DNA of 37,329 nucleotides from a virus (Duplodnaviria; Heunggongvirae; Uroviricota; Caudoviricetes): IMG/VR virus record IMGVR_UViG_2850808358_000008, positions 1 to 37,329 of that record; one strand, 5' to 3'. Shown piece by piece: positions 27,950 to 36,333 of this stretch (position 1 is its first letter; each line of letters starts with the position of its first letter). The notes under the pieces were generated by a model. It saw only the letters and a program-made list of their open reading frames with translations, ran no database searches and was not told where the DNA came from. The position numbers and the translations under genes were made by a program.

Positions 27950-30792
27950 TCAATCTTTATCGTAAAAACTGCCACGTCCGGCACGGTCGCGTCGTTCCAA
28001 TTCTGCCCTGACCATTTCACCGACCAGTTTCGCCAGTTCGCGGGGATTCTGTGTAACAACGTTATGCAGATGAACATGAATTTCACCGCCAAATCCGGAG
28101 GCAACAGGCTCCCGGTTACGGGAAGTTACAGGAACTGATGCCACTGGAGATCGTATAGCCTCCGCCACCGGGCGGGAGCTGGCCGCAACAACAGGGACCA
28201 GCGCCGGAGGCAGCGGAGCCGGGACCACGGGTGTGATATTAATTGCGGGGGCAGGCTTACTGACCTGCGCAATCTTCCGCTCCTGCCACTCCCCACGAAC
28301 AGCAAGTGCGCGGGGCAGGTTCTTAAAGACAATATCGCCGGGGCCAATGCGTTTTTTCGTCTCATCAACCAGCTTACCTGTGTTATCAGCAATTTTGCTG
28401 AGCCTGCGTAGCGTTCCGGTGTTGCTGTCTGTGAGCGGTTTATTGTCTTTGGGTTTATCACCTCCGGTGCCATTGCCATTTTCCACAGGCTTCGGCGGAT
28501 TGATTTTCGCCAGGTCACCCTGAAGCAAGGCAACCTTGTCCTGAAGAATGGCCGCACGCTGTGCGTCTTCAATTTTCTTTCTCGCCCTTTCCGCTTCATC
28601 CGGAAGGACACCGAGTTTTTCAAGTATCCACGCCAGCGTATCCAGTAACATTTTTGCAGGCGTCAGAACAAGCTGTAACGCACCACCAAGAACGTTACCG
28701 AATACCTCGCCAGCACTGGTGCATTTATCCAGCGTTTCCTTGCTGGACTCCATCGGTGACAGCAGCGATTTAAACCAGTTAAACACCTGGCTGATCCCGC
28801 TTCCGATTGCGTTAAAAACAGGGCCAAACCGTTCAAAGGTTTCGCGCAACGGGGCCAGTCGCTCCATAATCCCACTGAACACCCCGGCATAAAACGCCTT
28901 GATGGGTTCCCAGTATTTCCAGATGAGAACCGCCGCAGCGACAAACGCTGCAGCAATCAACCCGACCGGACTGAACAGCGCCCGATAGCGCCTCCCAATA
29001 AAGAAACGGAACCCGTCACCATTCCCCATAGTGCTGGCAGGACCCTGACAGCATTCATTGATCCGGTCAGGAGAGAAAAACCAAGACGCAGTTTTGCCAG
29101 CGGGCCAGCAAGCACACCAATAGCCAGCGACAACGAGCCAACCGTTGCAGTCATTGCCAGCAACGCACCGCCTGCTATCAGTAGCTGGCGCGTCAGTGCG
29201 GGATGGGCCTGCGCCAGCGCCGTCACCTTTGAGACCACTCGCGTGAGCCACTGCGTGACAGAACGCAGCGGACCGTCAATCAGATCTGCAATGCGGATGC
29301 GCAACCCTTCCCATGCACTGCTGAGTGATTTCAGATCGCCGTCAAGGTTGTTGGCCATAACCTTTGCCGTGCGTTCAGCCTCACCGCGCGCGCCTTCAAG
29401 TTCTTTTCTCAGTTTGGGCAGGGAGCCGTCACCTGCCGCATCAACGAGGGCCATAAATGATGTGAAAGCCTCTTCTCCGGCAATGTCCTTAAAGAACGAT
29501 ACCCGGTCAACTTCCCCGTATTTGCGGGTGGCTTTATAAAGATCGGCCAGCACATCCTCCATCGGGCGCATTTTGCCGTTCGCGTCAGAAACAGCCACAC
29601 CAAGCTCCTTCAGCGCCTCTGCTGCCGCCTTTGGCGGTGATGCCAGACGAGCCAGGCTGGCACGCATTGCCGTCCCAGCATCACTCCCTCTGATACCCAT
29701 ATTCGCCAACACGCCAGCCATCGCTGCGGCCTGCTCCAGCGATATTCCCAGCTTACCCGCTACCGGACCTGCATATTTCATGGTTTCGCCCAGTGCGCGA
29801 AGGTCAGTGTTGGTACGGGTAAACGCTGCGGTGAGTGTGTCACCGACCCGGTCCATCTGGTCAGCAGAAAGGCCGAACTGCGTCAGGATATTTGAGCCAA
29901 TATCCGCCGTCTCGCCGAGATCCATACCGCCAGCCGTTGCCATGCTCAGCACGCCGGGAAGCGCAGCCTGAATGGCCTGCGGTGTGAAGCCAGCCATTGC
30001 AAGAAATGCCTGCCCACTGGCGGCATCGCCTGCAGTGAACTGCGTTTCAGAGCCAAGTTTTAACGCCTGTTCACGCAGCGCCTTAAACTGCGGGCTGTTC
30101 TGGTCGATTCGCGTCAGTGCCTGAACGCAGGACATCTCTTTCCCGAACCCGATCGCAGGCTGCAAAAAACGCCCGGCAGCATAGCTGCCAGCCGCTGCCG
30201 CACCAATTGCCAGCGCACCACCTGTTTTCAGTTTTCCCGCGGTTTCCTGCGCGCGCGAATACCGCTCACGCGCACGTGTTACACGCGCAAGCGCCTGCCG
30301 TTCGCGTTCAAGCTGGTTGTTGTACTGTTCGGTGCGTCTGATGGCCTGCTGGATGGTGTTATCGCTGCCTGTCAGGGAAATGCCGTGGCGTTTCAGCTCT
30401 CCGCCAAGCTCCCGCATTTTCTGAATTTCCCGTGTGCGCGATTCATTCAGGCGTTCAAGCCGGGTGCTTAACTGCTGCATCAGCTTTTGTTGCTTTTCGC
30501 TGAGCACTGTACCCGTGCGTTGTAACTGATTAAGGGCGTTAAGCTGGCGTCGTGCTTTCACGATACCCGCATCCGCTTTACTGACAGCGTCGCGGGCGCG
30601 CTCAAATGAACGCGCCTGACGCTCGAGATTTTTGATCGCCCCCTGCGTTCGCTGGATGGAGTCACCAAACTGCCCCATCAGGCGGCGGGCGTTTTCGGCA
30701 GGCCGGGTCAGCCTGTCAACGGCGCTGAAAGCGACCCGGATATCAAGAGTCTTCATTGTCTGCATTCCCGCTGCGAAGTGCCGCCCGCTCAC
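27950..30792 (-). CDS. T: Tail tape measure protein, P2 gpT-like, split by an apparent 1-bp deletion in a G-run near 28988-28990
   Basis: Two overlapping minus-strand ORFs (28957-30792 and 27950-29251). Coiled-coil-rich N-terminal part and hydrophobic segments; the frame stays open across the junction in the neighbouring frame (...VSLLG / RRYRALFSPVGLIAAAF...). Confidence 0.8.
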
Positions 30793-30979
30793 GCCAGCTA
30801 ACCACTTCGCCGGGCGTCATCATGAAGATTTCGGCGGGCGACCAGTTAAAAATGGCGGCAATATCTGCCACAAAGTCTTCTATGTGCTCAAAGCACACAA
30901 CCGTGATCAGGCTTCCGTCGCCTGTTCGTTCTTCCCGCCAGAGTCCGCACCGCTCAAAAAATTTACGGCAACCACACAT
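30743..30979 (-). CDS. E' extension of the tail assembly chaperone, reached by -1 programmed frameshift
   Basis: ORF in the -1 frame relative to E, beginning at the T6G slippery run (minus strand, 30955-30961). Confidence 0.65.
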   Translation of the reverse strand: MCGCRKFFERCGLWREERTGDGSLITVVCFEHIEDFVADIAAIFNWSPAEIFMMTPGEVVSWRERAALRSGNADNEDS

Positions 30980-31272
30980 AACTGAATAAAGTCACGGGAT
31001 GCCATTTTTTTGATCGTCACTTCATCCAGTCGCGGTGATGTCACGCGTGACAGCAGCGTAAACATGGATTCCGCTTTCAGATTCAGCACATCAGACAGCG
31101 ACAAATCTCGCAGAGATCCAGCCTGCTCAATAGCCCCGGTGATCTCCACATACGTGATTTTTTCGCCGCTTCGCTCAATTGGTTGGGTAAGTTTTACGCC
31201 ACGCTCACTGGTTTCTTTCACAGTGTCAGTAACTACCGTGTTTTCGGTATCGATGTTTTTCGTCTCTTTCAT
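30907..31272 (-). CDS. E: Tail assembly chaperone, P2 gpE-like
   Basis: 121-aa ORF between FII and T containing the TTTTTTG slippery motif near its 3' end. Confidence 0.7.
   Translation of the reverse strand: MKETKNIDTENTVVTDTVKETSERGVKLTQPIERSGEKITYVEITGAIEQAGSLRDLSLSDVLNLKAESMFTLLSRVTSPRLDEVTIKKMASRDFIQLCVVAVNFLSGADSGGKNEQATEA
30955..30961 (-). other. Programmed -1 ribosomal frameshift slippery site (TTTTTTG) for E/E+E'
   Basis: Heptamer in the E frame; the -1 frame continues as E' for about 70 codons. Confidence 0.6.
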
Positions 31273-31326
31273 CAGGAAACTCCTTTCAGTCAGAGGCGAC
31301 GCACTGCGCCGCCTGCATATTACTTA

Positions 31327-31839
31327 TCAGCCAAGCCCAAGCGCGGAACGGATGCGATCGGGCACAATGTCCTTGCCGTCCTTCCGGTAAATGAAGTTCA
31401 GCAGGTCAATCTCCCACAACGGGCGATCGTTAACACTCAGCTTGTAGTAGGTGTTTTTAATGGCGTAAGTGTGTGATGTGGCTTCGCCCTGTTTGGCTTC
31501 CCCCATATCAATTTCCGTCACACGTCCGCGCATTTCGACTTCATACAGGTCGCTTTCTGCATCGGTGTAGTATTCACCCGCAAAACGCAGCAGCGTGCCG
31601 TCAATCGTGCCGCCATACTTAAGGAACAGCTCACGAACTGCGCCCCCCATGACAAAGCTCGCATCAAGCGCAGAGTCGTCCAGACCGAGATCAATACTTA
31701 CCGCCCCCATCATGCCACCACCCCGGTAGCTGTCGGTTTTGCGCGTCAGCTTAGGCAGAGTGACGGACGTCACCTTACCCACTTCGTTTTCACCATCCAC
31801 AAACAGCGTAAAAAAGCGAAGATGTTTTGGCACAGCCAT
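31327..31839 (-). CDS. FII: Tail tube protein, P2 gpFII-like
   Basis: 170-aa ORF directly downstream of the sheath gene on the minus strand. Confidence 0.85.
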   Translation of the reverse strand: MAVPKHLRFFTLFVDGENEVGKVTSVTLPKLTRKTDSYRGGGMMGAVSIDLGLDDSALDASFVMGGAVRELFLKYGGTIDGTLLRFAGEYYTDAESDLYEVEMRGRVTEIDMGEAKQGEATSHTYAIKNTYYKLSVNDRPLWEIDLLNFIYRKDGKDIVPDRIRSALGLG

Positions 31840-33022
31840 CAGGCACCTCCCAGCACCGCAAATGCGGGTTCAAAGTATTCATCAGTAAACGTCTGGTAAA
31901 GCTCCATGTCTTCCAGTGGCGGAACGGGCGTATATTTGTAGCGAATACGCACACGCCCCTGACGTAAATCCGTTGTGCTGTTATCCACCACGTCATACCA
32001 GCACTCCGCGCCAATCAGTTTCCCGGCAGTCACCAGTGAATCCAGTTTTGCCCTGATGGCACTGATAACATCCTTCACGTTCGCAGGCGTCAGTGGACTG
32101 TCGATGGTTTCAAACTGCGCTTCCGCAATTGAATCAGCCAGCACCTGTGCGGTTCGGGTATACACCTCAAAGATGTAGGCGTTCGTTTCCGGTGTGCGGT
32201 TGCCCCAGAAGCGGAACCCGTTGCGACGAATAATGGTCGTGATTTCTTTGTTGTTGAGGCTGTTGGCATCACTGTCTTCGGCCTGCAACGACCAGAACAC
32301 ATGCCTGGACATCCCCAGCACATTTTTAACCGGAACGTTGGACAGCGATTTGTGCCAGCCCTGTTCATGGTCAATGTACGCACGAAGGCCGCACGCATAG
32401 GCAGGCGCGGGGAACGTTTCGTTTTTGCCACTTTTCGGGTTGTAGGCGATGAAGTCCGGCCATAAGAGCATCACCTCACGTTCGTTGAATTTCTGGCGGT
32501 AGGTAATCGCCTCAGCCATCGTGTTACAGCCGTGACATGAGGCATACACAAACGCGCGAAGTTTACCCGCAATCACGCACAGGGATTTTGTCACCGCCTC
32601 CGTGTCCAGCTCCGGCGCGGCCAGAATACGCGGACGGTATCCGATGCTTTCATCCTGCTCTGCAACAAGCAGCGCATACATCCCGTATAGCTGCCGTCAG
32701 ATTCAGAACCACCGATAACCAGTTGATCCTGCGTTTTTCCGTCTTCTTCTTTGTGTTCAGCCACGCGAACGACGATCACCTTTGTGCTCACCTGGTCTGC
32801 GATGGCCTTAAGCGCACGATAAAGCGTCCCCGTTGTTCCGCATTTTCCCAGCACGTCATTGACGCGGGTCAGCAGTGTGGGCTTGTTCAGCGGGAACAGC
32901 TCCGCGTCCGCATCATCCGCCGTTGCCACGATACCGATAACACTGGAATCAACATCATTAATCGCTGTTACCAGGTCGGTACTTTCCGTAACACGGGCAC
33001 CATGAAAACGAGTTTCACTCAT
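31839..33022 (-). CDS. FI: Tail sheath protein, P2 gpFI-like, split by an apparent 1-bp deletion in a GGG run at 32682-32684
   Basis: N-terminal ORF (32591-33022) and C-terminal ORF (31839-32681) together reproduce P2 FI as recalled (ADDADAELFPLNKP ... QGWHK.LSNV ... FRFWGNRT ... YTPVPPLE), joining at SYTG / MYALLVAEQ. Confidence 0.85.
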
Positions 33023-33227
33023 AGCTTCAGCCCCTTGTATCCGTTAAATGATTCGGCAACAATCATCACCCACCACGCGCGTAATCTCACCCTGCGCCGT
33101 TCTCCCGCCACGGCGACAACAAAAAGCAGTAACCCCTCCGCACGCACATGCGACCATGCCGCACAGGGAGGGAACAGATGACCGACACCACCATGCAATT
33201 GCTCAGTCAGGGCACAGACCCGTGAAA

Positions 33228-34286
33228 ATGCCGGATTTTGATATTCTCGCGGAGGGTAAAACGCTGTCAGGCGTGGCAGAGTGCCTGATGAGCCTGTCAC
33301 TGACCGACAACCGGGGATTTGAGGCGGACCAGCTCACCATCACGCTGGATGATGCGGATGGTCAGTTGCAGCTACCGCCACGGGGCGCGCGCCTGACGGT
33401 TCTCATTGGCTGGAAAGGAGAACCGCTGACAGAAAAAGGCACTTACATTGTTGATGAAATCGCTCACGAAGGACCGCCGGACAGGCTGACTGTTTCAGCC
33501 AGAAGCGCAGATTTTCGGGATGAATTTAACGTTAAACGTGAGGTGTCCTGGCATGATGTGACCGTTGAGCGTGTGGTATCCGCCATCGCTCATCGGTATG
33601 GCCTGAAACCGCAAATCAGCGAAATGCTGATGGATATCGAAATCGACCACGCCGACCAGACCGAAGAAAGCGACATGTCCTTCCTTACGCGCATGGCGGA
33701 AATGCTGGGCGCAATCACCACGGTAAAAAGCGGTAATCTGTTATTCATCATGCCCGGCGGTGGCGTGAACGCGCAGGGCCAGCCGTTGCCATCGTTTGCC
33801 ATCACACGCAGCAGTGGCGATCGCCATCAGTTCCGCATTGCTGACCGCGAGGCGTATACGGGTGTACGCGCCTACTGGCTTGATCTTAATTACGGGAAAA
33901 AGAAAAAAGTCAGCGTGAAACGCCGCAAACCGCCAAAACCCAAAAAGGAGAAAAGCAGCAGCCGCGAAGGTGACTATATGGAAGGTGCGGAAGGCAACGT
34001 ATTTGTGTTACGCAAAACTTATCAGAACGAGCAGGCAGCAAGACGCGCAGCGGCGGCAAAGTGGCAGCAGCTACAACGCGGAGCCGCATCATTTTCCATC
34101 ACGCTGGCACGTGGACGCGCAGAACTCTACCCCGAAATGCATGGCACGGTAACAGGATTTAAAAGCGAGATTGATAATCAGGACTGGATTATTGCAAAAG
34201 CCGAGCACACCATTGATAACAGCGGCTTTACCACGCAGCTTGAGCTTGAGGCAAAAATCCCGGAATGGATAGCGGAAACAGAGTGA
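33228..34286 (+). CDS. D: Tail protein / late control protein, P2 gpD-like
   Basis: 352-aa ORF. Motifs SLTDNRGFEAD, SARSADFR, SWHD, NVF and NSGFTTQLELEAK match P2 D as recalled. Preceded by a 15-codon ORF ending just before the start. Confidence 0.9.
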   Translation: MPDFDILAEGKTLSGVAECLMSLSLTDNRGFEADQLTITLDDADGQLQLPPRGARLTVLIGWKGEPLTEKGTYIVDEIAHEGPPDRLTVSARSADFRDEFNVKREVSWHDVTVERVVSAIAHRYGLKPQISEMLMDIEIDHADQTEESDMSFLTRMAEMLGAITTVKSGNLLFIMPGGGVNAQGQPLPSFAITRSSGDRHQFRIADREAYTGVRAYWLDLNYGKKKKVSVKRRKPPKPKKEKSSSREGDYMEGAEGNVFVLRKTYQNEQAARRAAAAKWQQLQRGAASFSITLARGRAELYPEMHGTVTGFKSEIDNQDWIIAKAEHTIDNSGFTTQLELEAKIPEWIAETE

Positions 34287-34328
34287 GCAACTTAGAATAG
34301 CGGCAGCACCACGTTAAGGGAGGTCGCT

Positions 34329-34589
34329 ATGTTCCGTTGTCCGCTTTGTGGCGCATCTGCCCGTATCCGCACCAGTCGTCCGGAAAATGATTCAAACACC
34401 GTGCGGCAAAAGTATTACCAGTGTAACAATCTGGAATGCGGCGTATGCTTCTCAACACTGGAAGCTTTCCATAAATTCACATCAAAACACGCCTCCGGCG
34501 TTCACTCTTCAGAAGGTATCCCGTGGCATGATCTGCCAGCTTCACACAGGGGAAACAATCAGATGAGTTTGCCTTTATCTCAGAATTAA
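34329..34589 (+). CDS. ogr: Late transcription activator, Ogr zinc-finger family
   Basis: MFRCPLCGASARIRTSR...YYQCNNLECGVCFSTLE matches P2 Ogr (MFHCPLC...YHQCQNVNCSATF) as recalled. Confidence 0.85.
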   Translation: MFRCPLCGASARIRTSRPENDSNTVRQKYYQCNNLECGVCFSTLEAFHKFTSKHASGVHSSEGIPWHDLPASHRGNNQMSLPLSQN

Positions 34590-34677
34590 CAGGCAGAATT
34601 GCCGGAATAACAAAAAAGCGATAGATTACGCGCGGGTGCCTTTCGGCTGATGGTCGGAGGGAATACCCGAAGGCCAG

Positions 34678-34914
34678 ATGTGGAAAGGCCCCGGAAAACA
34701 TTTTTGTTTAACCGAGGCCCTAACACTTCTTACCTTCGCAAGTAGAAGGTTAGCGCCTCTCCTCTCAGGAGACAAGCGTTATGACGCAAATTCCGTTAAA
34801 AACCCTGTTACTTTGCATAACTGCGGTAGCGATAATCTGGATCCTCCACACATCACCGTGCGAGTTACGATTCAGGTTTGCTGGCACGGAAATTGCGGCA
34901 TTCTTACTATGTAA
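34678..34914 (+). CDS. mok: mok-like ORF overlapping hok
   Basis: 78-aa ORF in a different frame overlapping the hok ORF, as in hok/mok/sok loci. Start uncertain. Confidence 0.4.
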   Translation: MWKGPGKHFCLTEALTLLTFASRRLAPLLSGDKRYDANSVKNPVTLHNCGSDNLDPPHITVRVTIQVCWHGNCGILTM

Positions 34915-34921
34915 TAAGTAA
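34781..34921 (+). CDS. hok: Hok/Gef-family type I toxin (46 aa)
   Basis: MTQIPLKTLLLCITAVAIIWILHTSPCELRFRFAGTEIAAFLLCNK: N-terminal membrane helix plus the C(E)LR(F)R...E(V/I)AAF signature of Hok/Gef peptides as recalled. Confidence 0.7.
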   Translation: MTQIPLKTLLLCITAVAIIWILHTSPCELRFRFAGTEIAAFLLCNK

Positions 34922-35009
34922 GATAACCGCGGCGGGGGAGTAATCCCCCGTCAATCGGTTGCTAAGGTTGGTCGAAACGGCACCCTATCTCACAGACATG
35001 AACAACAAA

Positions 35010-35040
35010 CCCGCAGCGTAAAAACTGCGGGTTTTCTTTT
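35010..35040 (+). terminator. Rho-independent terminator downstream of hok
   Basis: CCCGCAG-loop-CTGCGGG stem followed by TTTTCTTTT. Confidence 0.6.
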
Positions 35041-35041
35041 T

Positions 35042-35065
35042 GGTGCCCTCACAAATGAGGGCACC
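35042..35065. repeat. Perfect 10-bp inverted repeat (GGTGCCCTCA caaa TGAGGGCACC)
   Basis: Hairpin or symmetric protein-binding site directly upstream of the GATC cluster and the com promoter region. Confidence 0.4.
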
Positions 35066-35088
35066 ATACATAAGCAATAGGCATAACA

Positions 35089-35126
35089 GATCGATGCAAT
35101 AAATCCGATCGATAAAAACGATCGAT
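35089..35126. promoter_or_regulatory. Cluster of three GATCGAT motifs (three Dam GATC sites) upstream of com
   Basis: GATC at 35089, 35107 and 35120 within about 40 bp, some 45-80 bp upstream of the com start. Confidence 0.5.
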
Positions 35127-35170
35127 TTGTTATCATATCGGCAGCAGTAACCACACAAGAGGTGCCGCAA

Positions 35171-35368
35171 ATGACGCAAAATGTACGATGCAAAAATTGC
35201 AACAAACTACTTGCCCGCGCCTCATTTCACTACATTGAAATAAAATGTCCGCGCTGCAAAACACTTAACCAGATAACGAGAGCCATCGAGCACCCCACAC
35301 ACATGAGGAGTTATGACCGTGGGGATCGCAATCCAGCACCAACCAGCACATACACCGGAACACACTAA
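35171..35368 (+). CDS. com: Com-like zinc-finger translational regulator
   Basis: RCKNCNKLL and FHYIEIKCPRCK match phage Mu Com (RCKNCNKLL, FDHIEIRCPRCK) as recalled. AGAGG RBS. The 3' end overlaps the methyltransferase start. Confidence 0.8.
   Translation: MTQNVRCKNCNKLLARASFHYIEIKCPRCKTLNQITRAIEHPTHMRSYDRGDRNPAPTSTYTGTH
35293..35324 (+). promoter_or_regulatory. Hairpin sequestering the methyltransferase RBS and start codon
   Basis: CCCCAC (35293-35298) pairs with GTGGGG (35319-35324); the loop contains GAGGAG and the ATG at 35313. Confidence 0.4.
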
Positions 35369-36104
35369 GGTTTATCAGACTGACAATGCCATGCTCTGTC
35401 GTGGGAATGCGCTGGAAATATTGCCGCTGATTGAGCCAGAAAGCATTGATGCCTTAATCACTGACCCGCCTTACAGTTCGGGGGCGACACACAAGGCCGG
35501 ACGCACCAACTAGGGCAGCCATGCAAAATATCTAAACGGCGAGAACCTTCACCGCTTTGATGGGTTCGCGGGTGAAAACATGGACGCCCGTTCGTGGGCT
35601 TACTGGACACAATTATGGATGGCACAGGCACACCGCGCAGTCAGGCCGGGCGGTTATGCCTTGGTATTTACTGACTGGCGACAACTACCAGCTTTAACCG
35701 ATGCGTTTCAGGCCAGTGGCTTTACATGGCGCGGCATTATTGCGTGGAACAAAGGGAGGGGGTCACGAACACCACATACCGGGTATTTCCGGCATCAGTG
35801 CGAATACATCGTCTGGGGCAGCAAAGGCCATTTAGATAAATCGCCTTCGGGACCGTTCGACGGCTGCATGACGTTCCCGGTTATCCCGTCAAAGAAAATG
35901 CACCCGACCGGAAAACCAGAAGAACTAATGGCGGAACTGGTCAGGACTGTGAATAGTGGCGGAACAGTCCTTGATCCTTTTATGGGGTCAGGGACAACGG
36001 GGGTGGCTGCACTGAAAGCAGGACGCAAATTTATTGGTATAGAAACCAGTGATCATTATTTTGATGTAGCAACACAACGGCTCAAAACGGCGATCGAACC
36101 ATAA
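35313..36104 (+). CDS. DNA methyltransferase (N6-adenine/N4-cytosine, beta-class) with an in-frame amber codon at 35511-35513
   Basis: N-terminal DPPY motif (ITDPPYSSG) and C-terminal AdoMet-binding motif (DPFMGSGTTGVAA). The two ORFs (35313-35513 and 35580-36104) share one frame and are separated only by a single TAG. Confidence 0.75.
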
Positions 36105-36110
36105 GACAAA

Positions 36111-36128
36111 GCCCGCAATGTTGCGGGC
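36111..36128 (+). terminator. Hairpin downstream of the methyltransferase
   Basis: GCCCGC-aatgtt-GCGGGC stem-loop just after the stop codon; no clear U-tract. Confidence 0.35.
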
Positions 36129-36148
36129 TTACTCTACCTCTCGAAAAT

Positions 36149-36166
36149 GTGGTCACTGCGTGGACA
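36149..36166. repeat. attR core (gtggtcactgcgtggaca)
   Basis: Direct repeat of positions 11-28, sitting between the last prophage cargo gene and the host flk-like gene. Confidence 0.65.
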
Positions 36167-36333
36167 TACGCTGATACAAATCCTTTTATATCAATAAATT
36201 AAATCTTTGTTTTTTTCATCAACAAGGATTTTCACGTTTGTGTTACCTGTATGAGACGAGAGTTAACCGGACAAGTGTGCCATAATCTCGCGGCCAGGCA
36301 TACTTGCGAAGATTTCAGGTATAAGGATACGTA

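Larger units (their letters stand above)
11..36166. mobile_element. Integrated P2-like (Peduovirus-type) prophage, about 36.2 kb, from att core repeat to att core repeat
   Basis: Near-complete P2-type gene set in prophage order (int, C, cox, A, cos, Q, P, O..G, tail genes, D, ogr), flanked by an 18-bp direct repeat matching at 17 of 18 positions, with a host-like flk gene beyond the right repeat. Confidence 0.8.

Noticed and set aside
28126-28623. 165-aa minus-strand ORF, and plus-strand ORFs 28233-28892
   Set aside because: Embedded within or antisense to the tape measure gene T, in off-frames, with biased Arg/Ser composition.
36167-36333. Possible tRNA gene at the integration site
   Set aside because: No cloverleaf-compatible sequence or conserved GTTC/CCA features visible by eye; the att core does not resemble a tRNA 3' end. 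A tRNA scan would be decisive.
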